64,000 bases of DNA, taken from assembly GCA_050084985.1 (NCBI GenBank), contig JBITNC010000001.1, positions 99,758,001 through 99,822,000 on the forward strand, in the 5' to 3' direction. Of the stretch, positions 24,330 through 39,300 are shown piece by piece. The notes beneath the pieces were generated by a model that made no database searches, was not told the origin of the DNA, and saw only the letters and a list, made by a program, of their open reading frames with translations. The stretch comes from Nageia nagi (lineage: Eukaryota > Plantae > Pinophyta). A program made the translations under genes and the position numbers. Every line of letters starts with the position of its first letter. Position 1 is the first letter of the stretch.

Positions 24330-27300
24330 CTGCAAAGAGCATGAGGGAATAAGTTAATGCAGTTCCGAGTCCCAAGTCCATTATAAGTTCCCTACAGAGA
24401 TATCTTCCTTGGTATAAGTTGGTAAAAAACATCAAATTTCACCAACAAAACACTTCCTACTAAAAGAACCTGTAAAAAGATTAAACACAAAGCTGAAAAA
24501 GAAGAGAACTACGATGATAATCAATGAAAACGTAGGAGAAATTTAGCATTAGATTCTGATATGTTGCTTGTGCAAACATTTACAGCAAAAATATTTCGCA
24601 ATATGGTGCCAGATGTAATGTTACCATTAAAGAGCATGATTATGAAAGCATTAAAATTCAAGTTATTATCTTCAGTGGAGGAAATCAGGCAAGGAAACTA
24701 CCTTTTCTGTAGATAAACTATCTATTTGATCATTTTTTTCCTTGAACTCTTCACTTTCAGATGATGAACCGACCACTTGATATACATTTTGTGCTTTGAC
24801 ATCTGCCTCAATTTCGTTTTGTGCATCTGCTTTCCTTCTGGCTTCCTCCAACTTTTTCTGTGTAAACCTATTTTGCACTAATGATTTTCATTAGTAAATA
24901 ATGCACTTACAAACTACTAGAATATTTGCACAAAATGGCATTAAAATTCATGTATACTCATGATTTAATCAACTGAAATAGACAATTCACCTTTCACCAC
25001 GACGTGCTTCTTTTGTATCAGCTATGGCCTTTGCTGATGAACGTTTTGCTTGCCCTGCAGTTATGATTCCATTACCATCTTCCCCAACAATAGGTTTTGC
25101 ACCCCCTAACTTCCGAAGCCATATTTGTTGTCCTGTGCTTAGAATGTTATTTGTAAACCTGAAAATAAATTACAAAAATGGACCTCATCGAAAACCCAAA
25201 AAATAACATGATTTTATTTGCTTCGCTAAATTTGAGTTATATTGCAAATCTAATATTTTGCATAATTTACTGTCCAAGATTGGATTTACAGGTTGTTACA
25301 AAAAACTACCGGTGTGCATTCACAATATTTTTCTAGTCCATAGGCATGACCAACACAAATATACTCGGTATAAATGTGTACATCACCACCTCTTCTAAGG
25401 AATTACTATAGCAGAGCCACAATATTGGTTTTTTTTATTATGGTGAGATAGTATAAATGAATAAAGTACAAGATCATTGATATTGCTATCAAATGGTATG
25501 TTTCAAAGTACTCCAGGAGAGGGCAGAATTCTGGTTTTGTACTTGACTTTTGTAATGTCCCAAAATTCTTTGTATTTCATTTTCATTGCAATTTCTAGAT
25601 CTAGGAGTACTTTACACTTTTGGCATTTATCAAAAGAAAAGAAAAAAAAAAATGTAAAGAATTGTATTTGGAATCATTATCCATGTTCAAGTCGGCAAAA
25701 CCACTTGGAAATCTAGTTTTCTCTTCCAAGGTTGGTCGGCTGGCTTTTATGGAGACATTTAGTGGCTATTTAAGCAAAAACATTTCTCATTTTCAATGGA
25801 TCATCCAATCAAATTCTGATATCTGCTTTTCTTGAGTTAGGGATGTGCCCTTCTCATCCTTCTTTGGCCTAGGGATGCGCCCAACAGCCTTAGAAGTGGC
25901 ATTTTGAAGAATTTGTGAGGAGACTCATATTTTGGATGCCCTAAATATTGTTACAGGAATGTTACAGAATTGTTACAGAAATAACAGTCTTATTACTTGC
26001 GTATTGAAGATTTGATCTCATATACTCATTGTTCTTGTTATCTACTCTTGAATGAATGATTCTATGGTCTCTTTCATGCGATTTAATTCCTATATTACTG
26101 CTGTTATAAGATCAGAATTCTGTCATCATTATTAAGTAATAAAAGTGCTGTTACAGTTGGAGTTTGGAGTCAAAGATAGCATGTAACAGATCTAGTTTTT
26201 ATGCCCAAAAATCTTGAGTAATAATTGGGATATTTCAGTGGTATCAGAGCTGGTCTCTTGCCAGCCTGTGAGGGAGTCTATGCACCATTACTACACAAGA
26301 AAAAGTAAGAAGGATTCGCAGCGAACAGCAGATCCAAACTTCGAAAAACAAGAAGTTGAAGAAATCAAAGGCATGGAAGAACCACCAAATGAGCTCAAGA
26401 CAATGGTAGACCTACTAACTCGGTCAAAAAAATAGATGGGCTCTCCAAACCCCAAACGCAGCCACAACAAGAGGAAACAGTTAGGACACTAGCGAATGAC
26501 CAAGGGAGTGAAAGATCAGTTCGTTATGGTCATCCTCCTTTGCCTAGACCTTCAAGACCCATGTTCGTAGCCAAAACAAGGAACTGATCAAGGTTTGGCA
26601 ACTGAAGAAATGGAGATATACTTCGCTGATTACCAAGGTAAGTCTACTGAATTTAAAGACTCAGTTTCTTTTGAGAGCTATCTAAGTATTTTGGGAAAGA
26701 AGATTGGTAGAAATAGCAAGTATTATGATAATAAGCATTTTCAAAAGATGCAAGTTCCTATGTTCAATGGCAAGAATATGACAGCTAGAGCATGGTTACA
26801 AAAGTTGCAAACCTACTTTACTCTTTGTCCTATAGCCGAAGAAGATGCAATCCAATTTGCCACTATTTACCTTGAAGAAGCTGCATATGATTGGTGGCAT
26901 CATGGCCTCACAACACAAGGACATGAAGAAATTATTACCTTTGATGAATTTAGTCAAAGAGTCTTGGATAGATTTGAAAAGAAAGATGAAGAAGAGTACT
27001 TTAGGGAGCTGGCCACACTACAACAAACAACAACTGTTGAAGCATATATTGAAGAATTTCAGAAGATTTCAGTTATGGTGACCAATATATCTGATAGAAG
27101 GGTGTCTTTTCTTTTCATTGAAGGCTTACTAGAACCACTAAAGGGTTTGGTTAAAGCTCATGAACCACCCACATTGCAAGATGCTTTTATAGCTCTTGAA
27201 TCATCTGCTTTTCCTAGATCAAGGCCTTCTACTCTACCACCTCCTAGAGCTAACATTGCAACCCCATTTCAAAGAAGAGATACATTCCAAAGGGGAGGAT

Positions 27301-30300
27301 CAGCTTTCCAAAGAAACCAGCCCATGGGAAGACCTACACCACATACAACTAGGGGTCCACCATCGCCACACCATGGAAGGAAATTGGATGATGAAAGAAA
27401 TGAACTTAGAAGGAAGAATCTTTGTTTCAGCTGCAAGAAGCCATGGGTACCTGGTCACCGTTGTTTAGGTAAGGGGCAAATTCATTATATTGAAGTTATT
27501 TTGATGATGAAGCATCCGATGATGAGAATGAACCTAGTAATGAATGCACAATGGAAGATTTCACCAATGAAGGGACTGTTGTTCCAAATACAGTCACCAA
27601 CACAGGAAACTTGGCTACCTTGAATAGTGCCAACCAATTTTACACCATCAAAGTACCCGGGAAAATTCTAGGGGAAAAAGTGATCACATTAATTGATGGT
27701 GGGGCAACCCATAACTTCATAGATGAGGAATTCGTGGCAAGAAAGAAACTAAAATCAGAACTCTTTGCTGGTTTTAATGTGGCTATGGAAATGGGAACCT
27801 TGTACCTTGCAACAAATATGTGACTAACTTGAAAATCGAGTTTGATGGGCATTCAATTGAAGAAGATTTTTATGTATTTCCATTGGGGGAGTACCTCAAA
27901 TAGTGTTGGGAGTACAATGGCTGTTTCCCTTGGGTGATTATACTACCAACCACCAAACATTGCAATTCAAATTCAAAAATAAAGGACGCGAGGTGGTGCT
28001 GCAAGGAGTCAAAGACCACATGACCCAAAAGGTGACAAATAAAAGAATGGAGAAGATCCTCAAAAAAGGAGAATTCGTATGGGCTATCCAAATCTTCACA
28101 TTAAAAGGTATGACTCATCCATCCACTCATTGTGTTTTTCATCATTCCGGCATTCAAACTTTACTAAGCAAGCATAGTAAAATTTTCAAAGAAGTTCCCA
28201 AAGGTTTGCCACCACATAGAGGTTTCCAACATGCCATTGAACTTGAACATGGATCCAAACCCATCATGATTAACCCCTATAGGCATCCAAAGATATATAA
28301 AGATGAAATTGAAAAGATCATAAATGAACTCTTAGCTCTAGGCCATATTCGTCCAAGTACAAGCCCATTTGCCTCATCCGTTGTATTGGCCAAAAAGAAA
28401 GATGGAACATTGAGAATGTGCATAGATTATAGAGCCCTTAATAAAAAAACCATCAAGAATAGATACCCCATTCCTAGGGTGGATGAGCTCATGGATGAAT
28501 TGCATGGAGCTATGTATTTTTCCAAGATTGACCTTAGATCCGGCTATCACCAAATTAGAGTCAATGAGGAGGATTTCACAAAACTGCCTTTAGGTGCCAC
28601 TATGGTCATTTCGAATTTTTGGTGATGCCCTTTGGTTTGACAAATGCTCCCGCCACTTTCCAATCAGCTATGAACCAAATATTCAGAGAATATTTGAGAA
28701 AATTTGTATTAGTATTTTTTGATGACATCCTTGTCTATAGCAATTCTTGGGAAGACCATTTGAAGCATTTGGAAACAGTCCTAAGAATCTTGGAGCAAGA
28801 AGAGTTCTATGCTAAGGAATCCAAATGTGAATTTGGGTTGACTGAAATTCTCTATTTGGGACACATAATCAGTAACAAAGGGGTACAAGTGGATGAACAC
28901 AAAATTGCAGCTATTCAAGAATGGCCCACACCAACCAACTTAACCCATTTGAGAGGATTCTTGGGTCTTTGCAGTTACTATAGAAGATTCATCAAGGGGT
29001 TTTCAGCCTTAGCAGCTCCATTGACCGAATTGACAAAAAAAGATGCATTTGCATGGAATGAGGAGGCCCACAAGGCTTTCACAAAATTGAAAGAGGTAAT
29101 GACCACTTGTCCACTACTTGCACTTCCAGATTGTTCCTTACCTTTCACTATTGATTGTGATGCGTCAGGCTTTGGGATAGGAGCTATTTCATGCAAAAAG
29201 GATAGCCAATTTGCTTTGAAAGTAGAAAACTCAAACCCAATGAAAAGGCTTTCAGTATTTATGACAAAGAAATGCTTGCCATTATGCATGCATTAGCCAA
29301 ATTTAAACAATACTTGGTATGTGGCAAGTTCATAGTAAGGACTGATCATAACAGTCTTAAATACTTTTTGGGACAGCAAGATTTGAATGAGAGACAACAA
29401 AAATGGGTAACTAAGCTTCAATCCTATGATTTTGACATTGAATTTGTAAAAGGGAAAAAGAACACAGCAGCTGATGCACTCTCAAGAACACCCTCCTTTC
29501 ACTCTACATCCATCATTATTGACGATTGGAAAGCTGCCATCATGGCTGAATATACCAAGAATGAATTAGCATCACGTCTCATAGATGGCCACTTGAAAGA
29601 TGATAGGTACAACATTAGAAAGGGACTGATTTTCTACAAAAACAGAATTTTTCTTGTGCCCAATTCAAAGTTAAAAGAGAAATTAATTGAGGCAATGCAT
29701 GACACACCAATGGCTGGTCATCCTGGCTTCTTTAAAACATATAGACAGCTGCGAGAAAGATTCACATGGAAGGGGTTGAAGGATGATGTTCTTAGACATG
29801 TAAGAGAATGTATTATTTGCCAAGAAAATAAGGGAGAGAATACATTACCAGCAGGATTGCTACAACCATTGCCCATTCCCACACAAAAATGGGAAAGTAT
29901 ATCCATGGACTTCATTTCTGGTTTGCCCAAAGTACAAGGTAAAGATTGCATCTATGTGGTAGTGGACAGATTGACCAAATTTGCACATTTCTATGCCATT
30001 TCCACCTCATACACAGCAGTTCAAGTGGCTGACTTGTTCTTCAAAGAAATCTTTAGACTCCATGGCATACCTAAAAATATTGTAAGTGATAGGGACAGCA
30101 AGTTCATGAGTTTGTTTTGGCAAGAATTGTTTAAATTGTGTGGTACAATACTAACCCCAAGTACAAGTTATCATCCCCAAACTGATGGACAAACAGAAAT
30201 AGTGAACAAATGGGTAGAAGGTTACCTAAGGAACTATGTTTCAGGGCAGCAACGTGCATGGATAAAATGGTTGCACTTAGGGGAGTTTTGCTACAATTCC

Positions 30301-33300
30301 TCATATCACATCTCCATTAAGATGTCTCCTTTTATGGCTTTGTATGGATATAATGCTCCTAACATTATTGACTTGTTGATCAATGATAGTAGGGTACCTA
30401 AAGCTAAAGACTTTGTGGAAGAAAATCAGAATATATTGAAGACCCTAAAAGATAACATCCAACTTGCACAAAACCAGCAGAAGAAATATGCTGATCAACA
30501 AAGAACAGAACGCCAATTTGAAGTTGGAGATATGGTCTACTTACGAATGCAGCCCTATAGACAGTCCACATTGAAGAAAAGTGGGAAGGAGAAGCTAAGA
30601 CCACGATTTTATGGCCCATATAAGGTCATACGCAAGGTGGGAGAAGTTGCATATGAGTTAGAGTTGCCACGCAATAGCAAGATCCACAATGTCTTTCATG
30701 TTTCATGCCTCAAAAAGGCCTTAGGACAGCATGTGGTTCCATCTACGGAGTTACCCCCACTTGATGAAGAAGGCAAGCTGATTCTTGAACCTGAAACCCT
30801 CTTGGAGACCAAGGAAAAAATCTTGAGGAATAGAGTCATCAAAGAGTACCTGATAAAATGGAAAGGCTTACCAGTTGAAGATGCTACATGGCAAGGGTCA
30901 GAGATCCTTATGCATCCAGCCTTGAATTGCTTGAGGACAAGCAATTTGGGAGGGGAGGATTTGTAATGTCCCAAAATTCTTTGTATTTCATTTTCATTGC
31001 AATTTCTAGATCTAGGAGTACTTTACACTTTTGGCATTTATCAAAAGAAAAGAAAAAAAAAAATGTAAAGAATTGTATTTGGAATCATTATCCATGTTCA
31101 AGTCGGCAAAACCACTTGGAAATCTAGTTTTCTCTTCCAAGGTTGGTCGGCTGGCTTTTATGGAGACATTTAGTGGCTATTTAAGCAAAAACATTTCTCA
31201 TTTTCAATGGATCATCCAATCAAATTCTGATATCTGCTTTTCTTGAGTTAGGGATGTGCCCTTCTCATCCTTCTTTGGCCTAGGGATGCGCCCAACAGCC
31301 TTAGAAGTGGCATTTTGAAGAATTTGTGAGGAGACTCATATTTTGGATGCCCTAAATATTGTTACAGGAATGTTACAGAATTGTTACAGAAATAACAGTC
31401 TTATTACTTGCGTATTGAAGATTTGATCTCATATACTCATTGTTCTTGTTATCTACTCTTGAATGAATGATTCTATGGTCTCTTTCATGCGATTTAATTC
31501 CTATATTACTGCTGTTATAAGATCAGAATTCTGTCATCATTATTAAGTAATAAAAGTGCTGTTACAGTTGGAGTTTGGAGTCAAAGATAGCATGTAACAG
31601 ATCTAGTTTTTATGCCCAAAAATCTTGAGTAATAATTGGGATATTTCAACTTTATAAGATAGTCTATACTAGTTCATTTATTGCTCATATTCAACTACAA
31701 AAGCTAGATACTCTGTGCACATGATGAGAGTTAATCGCAAGATAATAAACATAACTTTGCATGAAGCCACTTGATGAAAGCCACAATTATCTTATAGTTC
31801 ATAAAATCCTGTTATCTTTTCTACTGAATTTCACATCATTGAACCATCTCCCAATTCGAGCAGCACTTTTTCTTTTGATAAGTTAAAAAGAAATTTCAAT
31901 AATTATATGAGTCACAACTGAAGAGTTGTACAGAAAATTTAGATAAGGCTGTAGGCAGACGTTTGGGTCACCATTAAAACAACAAAATCCAGTTTAATAA
32001 TAAAAACAAATTGAACATTCAATAGATCTCATTTCAGACTATGCATCAATTGACTCGTTAAGGTTTTTCTACTCTTACACCCGTACATACGAAAAACAAG
32101 TCATATTTGCATATAAGAAGTGAGCAATATACATGAGAGAAGACAGCCTAATCCTGAGTGTCAAACTTTGTTCAGGTTCTGAACACCAACTGCCAGCATG
32201 TTCATCCACATAATATCTCTTTCATGGAGAACACTGTAGAAAAAACATGCCAAACTTGCTCTTGAATTGGATTTGGGTGGTTATCATGATCGAACTGGTA
32301 GACTAAATACAACAAACATGTGTGTCCAGTAAACAGCCTGTGAAAAAAGTTCCCAAGAGCAGGACCTGACTCTATAAACACAGCATCGTATCCAGCAATA
32401 TTAAATCAATTGCAACCAACAACTGGCCAAGTTCCTACCCCATGATTACAAAGCACATCATACAGCAGGAAAACACTTTTACAAGCCTTCAGTATGCTTT
32501 GATCTGCTAGTGATTCATGACAGGAATTAACAGCTTGGTTTGCTGACACAAATGAATACTTAGGGATAGCAAGTCCTGCAAAAGCCCAACAAGCTATAGG
32601 CATCAGGATGAGCTTTGGTATGCTTTGGATCTGCTACTGATTCATGACAGGTATGAACAGCTTAGTTTGTTGAGGCAAATGAATCCTAAGAAAGGGATAG
32701 TGAGTTCTGTGAAAGCCCATCAAGCTATTGTCATCTGGATGAATTCTGTAATGTAGATCCATTCTTCAGTATATTACAGTACCCTATCTCCTGGCATATT
32801 TATAGATACAGAAATAAATGAAGAATTGGCAAATCCCTTTTAGGCACTAAAGACTAATTTATTGTTGTATGTGGAAATTAGATAATTTGTAAGATCAGCG
32901 ACATAGATCAGTTGGGAAATAATACAATCCTCTAACTAAATAACTTGAAACCCAGCATAGTAATTGTTGGTATGTTTTTCTTTCCTCGCTCAAAACATGC
33001 ACAAGATTTGGAGGAAACAACGTTACTTGTTCCCGTCTGAGAGGATTGGTTACCCCAAGCGCTCAAATGGAATATGGTCTTGATGGCTCAGCAGTCAGAG
33101 ATGCATGTTGTTAACCGTATACAAGGGAAATACACGCCAGAGATTCCTTTCCATGAATGAGGAAGGACTGCAAATGTGGACGAAAGCAAAGAAAGATCAC
33201 AAAATGCAAGGATGAACACAAGGGTAAATGCGAGGGAATGTGTGGAAAGAAAAAGACCTATGAGGATATCACCAGTGATAGTGTCTCGACAGGTCATCTT

Positions 33301-36300
33301 CAGATTCATTAAGGTCGATATACTCACTATCAAGCCGGGCAGCAAATAGCAAATATGCTCAAATCACTACCCAACGAGAGTAGGAAGCTGTAAGGTCTTT
33401 ATGGAAGACTCAATGTAAAGGGGAAAAGATGAAGTGAGGGCACGAGTGTATAAGACTAACCGAATGATATAAAGATAAGTTATAGGCCTCATAATATATC
33501 CACGCACGTGAACTATGCAAAGAAGGATCAAACTCTTTCACAGGAATAATACATATGCAACCCAGAGAAATGAACCATTCATATATGCATAATCCCACAA
33601 ATGATATATCTCGCAGTAAGACTTTATGATTTTATTCCTCTAACAAGCACATTCATGATGATTTTCAATAATGAAACATGCATAGAACCCCTTATGCAGC
33701 AATCTTCTATGTAATGGAATGTTAATCTTATGACATGCAAAGGCTCAAAATGATTATACATGTAAACTCAATGGCCTCAATCTCAGAATGCAAGAACTCC
33801 AGTATGTGATGCTTTCATTATGTGCAAAAGTTCAATGCCAAATAGTACAAATAGCCTATGCATAAACTCATGTCAAAACTCCTTATCCAAAAACCTCTTA
33901 TGTTCAAAATCCTCCTCCTAAATGGCCCGAATGGGGTATAAATAGGCCACCAGAAGTGATGCCTTAAAGGCATCAAATCTAATACGGTGTGCACACACGC
34001 AACACACATACTGATACAAAATCAGATATCATCACTCAAAACTATTTAAGTGGCATTTAAAGCTGACAAAATATAAATGCCATAGCCGCAATGCATCTAC
34101 TCTACATCTAATCTATGCAACAAAAAATCAGATATGCAATAAGTATACTAAAAAGGTCTAACATCTAAACCGACGAGAGCAAAACCTCATCCCTGCACTA
34201 GTCAAAGCCATAAATGAGCCTGACAGATTTGATCTGGTGGGAGCAAAACCTCATCCCTACACCAATCAAATCAAAATAAATCAAAGTTTGATATAACCAC
34301 CGTAACCATATGCATTAAACAAAGAAAAAGATACTGCAGATAAGTCTAAAGGTGAGTTAGATTTAGGCCAAATCTGATTCAGCATGAGCGAAGTTCCACT
34401 CCTCGCTCATAAGACCATAGGACTTGTTAGAATTATAATGTTATTTAGGGCATTGTGCAATTAATATGCTTAGCATATTAATAATCACCTAAATTTGGTT
34501 ATTAGGTGATAATGAGGTTCATGCATGGTGGGTGAATAGTATTCTCCACCCAACTTAAAATAATATTGTTAGGTGGAATAGTGTCCCCACTAACAATTAA
34601 ATGTAATTCTATATTGTAACTTAGGGTTAACAAACCTATTGTGGTTATGTTAATTAACTACCTAAGGTTAGTTTTGAGTCCTATAGAAGGAGCTCATTTT
34701 GTGAAGATTTAAAACAAGAAGATGAAGATGGGAAGTTGTTAGTATAGATCTTAGTTAGTAAGGTCTTAAGCATGCAAACTATGCTTCATGCTAAGGAGAG
34801 TTATGGTTGAGATCCATATGAGTGTACATTGTTTGAAAGTATAGTGAAAAGGAGACCTAAAATGGAGTACTCCATGTGATAAAGGAACCACTATACATCT
34901 TGTGTTACTATGTGAGAATGCTTCTTGAGTTCTTAGTTTAGAATGATTGATTGCTATATGTAATGAAAGTCCTACAAGTGTTCTTGGGTTATGGAATCCC
35001 TCAATTCCATCAAATGGTATCAGAACCTCCTTGTGGGATCTCCTCCAAACTCCAACTTGGAAATTTGAGGTAACTCACCTCAAATTAAGGTATATCTATA
35101 CTCTTATCTTATTTCAAGTTTTATGTGAAACTTAAATAGTTAGTCCATTTCAATTTCTTATTTTGAAGTTGAATCTTGATGTTTATACTCACATGCTTTA
35201 TTTGAGAGTAATGGGCTCAAATTTAAGGTAAAATCATTACCTTAGTGACATGTTAGTAGTATTGCTTGTTTGCTAAATCTAACACATGTTATAAAGTTAG
35301 ATTCTTATGATTTTGAGATTAACATGTTTCAGTTCATGTTATGAATATTTTTTTGCCTATTTCATAATTTTTTTTAAATAATGCAAAATGTTTTTTGTGA
35401 AATATTTGGTATAAAACAAATCACAAATAGAAGTTGCAAAGTTTGTAATTTTTTTGTTGTCTACAATATATTTGCCAAATCATACGATAAGAATGCTCAA
35501 ATCTTGCAATTTTGTATGGTGCTCAAGTTTTTTTTTTTTTTTTTTGTTAAAAAGCAATTTGTTTTATTTTTTAGAAAACCTTGTTACTACTTGCTTTTAC
35601 AATTTAAAAAATAAAAAAGGGGAGGGCGGCTGTTCTTTGTTTTAACTACTATACAAAGTTTTAAAAAGTGTATTCTCAATAAAAAAAAAGAGGAATTTTT
35701 TGAGTAGGCCACCAACACTTTAAGCAATAAAAAAAAAACCATTTGATTGCCGCCCTCGCGGCACCCCCTTCGTTCCTCAACCCTTTGCACGACCTTTCGC
35801 TTATGAAGCGAATGCACTACCACTATGCTATGGAGGTAGGTATTAGTAGAAGTCGTGTTGACCTCTGCCACCACAACTGCGCCACAGGCCACCATTGCAT
35901 ACTAAATTGCCATGCGATCCTCTTCTCTCCTTCAACACCTACCTTCCCGGATTCGAACTCGTGGCCTCTAAAACACGGCACACCCTCAGAATTTGATCTT
36001 TTGAGTGTGCATCGATCTTACAGCGCAAAGGATTTCGAGAACTCTTGCTTTCTGGGAAGGAAAGATCGGAGGGGGAACTCTAGGGATTTTATGGAGCGTT
36101 TGATCCTGGCTCAGCATGATCGCTAGTGGCATGCTTAACACATGCAAGTCGGACGGGAAGTGGTGTTTCCAGTGGCGGAGGGGTGCATAACGTGTAAGAA
36201 CCTGCCCTTGCGAGGGGGACAACAACTGAAAACGGTTGCTAATACCCGATATGCTGAGGAGCAAAAGGAGGAATCCGTCCAAGGAGGGGTTCACGTCTGA

Positions 36301-36342
36301 TTAGCTAGTTGGTGAGGTAATGGCTTCCCAAGGCTACGCTCA

Positions 36343-36399
<57 letters not shown>

Positions 36400-39300
36400 G
36401 ACAAGAGGCGCTTCCCTCCTTTCCTCTTCAGCTGTGAGCTTGCGCTTATTTCCCCACCATGGAAGACTTTCCACCTAACTGGTTGCATTCATTAAATATA
36501 CATTTGGATTTCAAACGTTCGAACCCTGCGCACAATATCATTCTTTACATTTGCTTCCTTCAATTTGATTTTGAAAGGGTTTCACCGTATAGCTTCGTGG
36601 TGAAGGGGATAGAAGCCTTTCCTGGACTTTTCCACCAACTCCTCCATTGGCACTGCTCTCACTCTCACGCCATCACTCTGCTCAAACGCCATTCCTTCGT
36701 TGAACATACCAACTCTGTTCAAACACTTGCTCCACATTCAACCCAGGGTAGGTAACATGTTGAATTTTTTGAAGATACATGCCACGTCGTATTCTGGAAA
36801 TTGAAACAAAAAATTTAAATTGTCATCAAGGATGAAATGTTAAAATATATGAGCCATATGCGTTGGTTTGTCATTGCAAAAACAAGCGGGATTACTATCA
36901 CATTATTTTCAATCAAACTTCAGACACACGTCAATTAAATTGATGTACGGTAATGAGATCAATTTTTTTTAATTGTTATGATTTGAAGTTTGAAAAGTTG
37001 AGAATTGGAAAGATGGTTTAAATTTTAGTGTAACTGATAAAGATGGAGTTATAATCAATATTTAATTTATAACGTGAGTTGTTTTAAAAAGAATGATTTT
37101 TATAAAGCAACTGGCATAGATACCTTGTGTCAAAGTAATGGTTATCATAAAAAAAATAGTAGAGCTACTTTCATTCCAAGGTAACTATCTTTTCAACTCA
37201 AACCAAAACAATTGAAAGATTAAAATTGCATCAATTTAAAGATATGTGGCCGTTGTATTATTGACTGACTCCATATAATTGGTGAGCTAGTGACTTTAAT
37301 ACCTTTATTGCATTAAACTCTTACAAGCTATTATTTGGCATGCTCCCATTAATATTTGAACCTAACTTTTTTTTTTCCCATCTTCTTAATGCACTCAATC
37401 TTGTATTAACATCTTGTTTTTAAGTAAAAAGGGGGAAAAGCTTATGAGTTTTACTTAAATTTTAGATCCTCCTATTTGCATGTCTTTTAGTTTGTGATCA
37501 ATTCTTTATGTCAAAGTATGGAATGCCTATTACTTAGAATTTCTTAGATCACTTAAATTTATTTTTAAAAGACATGCTTAGCACTTAATTTTTTTTTAAG
37601 CTAATAATGCATACTTAGAACTTAATTTTAAGTTGAAGCAATGCATGATTATTACTTAAGTTATGATGCCTTTTTTATGCAAGTTATGAGTATAATGCAT
37701 TTGTTTTAATGCTTGAAGCTTAATTCTAAGGACTTAAGTTTTTTAATTAATGCTTAACACTTAGTTTTTAAGATGCATGAATGCGTTTATCCTCATGCAA
37801 AATATGGAATGGACTTGTGCAAAAATGTGTATACTTCAAAATTAAGTATTTTGTGCACTAGCCTTATTATGTTTTATGTGCATCATTGTTTAAGATGTCC
37901 TTAAATTGAAATTATTGTATTTGAAACCTTTTTGCTTATCTTGAGAATTTGAAAATTTATCCAATAAACAATTTGGTACAAGATAGAAACAAAAATAATA
38001 TTTAGTATTTTGCAAAGTTCCACTCATGCCCAAGTGGATAGCCAAAATAAGTAGAATCATTGGCATGATCGGAAGAATTGGAGTTAGAACTCTCAAGATC
38101 TGTGACAGGCGAACTAGGTATATTAAATAACGCAACACAAGTGATCAGGGAGAAACGACACCTGATGTCGAAAAATAGGTAGTACACCCATTGATCCCCT
38201 TCTCGCGTTAGTCGTGAAACATAAGTGGACTCCCAATGAAGATCTCGTCCCCATACTGTAAATGCAGCGGTATAGAGGTGATAGTACTCATGAGGGTGCA
38301 GCATTGCATGACCTGCATAGTGCAGAAAATGGAAGACAAAAGGTGTTCATGAACAATAAAGGATGATCTTCCATGTCCAGTTCGGACGACAGACAAAAGT
38401 GAGTATGAGGCGCAACTACTCGGCATCCTTCAAATGATGGATAAAGCAAATGGCCCATCAACGGAGACTTCAATGACCTTGTATGCAAACCAGGTTTTGT
38501 CGCACAGCAGTCTGCAACGTAATGCAAGCACGTTGTAAGACTCGCCCTTGAATGCGTCAATAAAGAACTTCTTGGAGAAGATCAACACGAAGACCTTGAA
38601 AAATGGTCATATCCATGATGAATGACAAGTGAGTCAACTCTCTCTGAGGGTTTCATACATAAGTGAAAATGATAGTGATCAACTAGAATACAATGAACTT
38701 ATAGAATTACAAACTAACTAGATCATAGATCATAAATGGAAACATCAAAATGGATCAACCATGCAAGCACAATAACCAATGTGACCTTGTCCTTTACTTT
38801 ATTAAAACACTAGAAAAGATTCCCACTGACAAGTCCAAGTGGGTGGCATTTACGGCTTGATTAATGCGTCTAGTGAATGGTCACCAGAATCCGAAGAATT
38901 AACATCATCTTCAAATATGTTAGAATCGGATGTGTCCAATCCTAAAAGATATTGATGTGAAAAAAGCGGAAAGTGATAAGAAAAAAAAATTCGGTGACAT
39001 TAAATACGATGTCCACCTCACCAAGCAACACGAAAAGAATACGTGGATGACCATTGTAGCCTATGCTGACGAACTGCCCATACTATAGTGAGTGGTTTGA
39101 AATACTCTTGTGGATGTAGGGAAGGCGGTCCAATGTAGCGTATGAATTGCAAAAGATAGCGATTGAACGGGGTATAAACCATTATACGCCATGTCCAATC
39201 AGGCCGACTAAGCAAATGAAATAATTGGTAAACATGATCCTCATGATTGAGATGAAAAATCATGCAAATACCATAATAATCGTCTGGGTACAATTGAAGA

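Noticed and set aside
25477-25835. Duplicated small ORFs (also at 30888-31246)
   Set aside because: Chance frames inside the identical Gypsy LTRs.
36087-36410. Functional 16S rRNA gene or bacterial contamination
   Set aside because: Only ~320 nt, plastid-type V1, mutated at invariant sites and embedded in nuclear repeat DNA.
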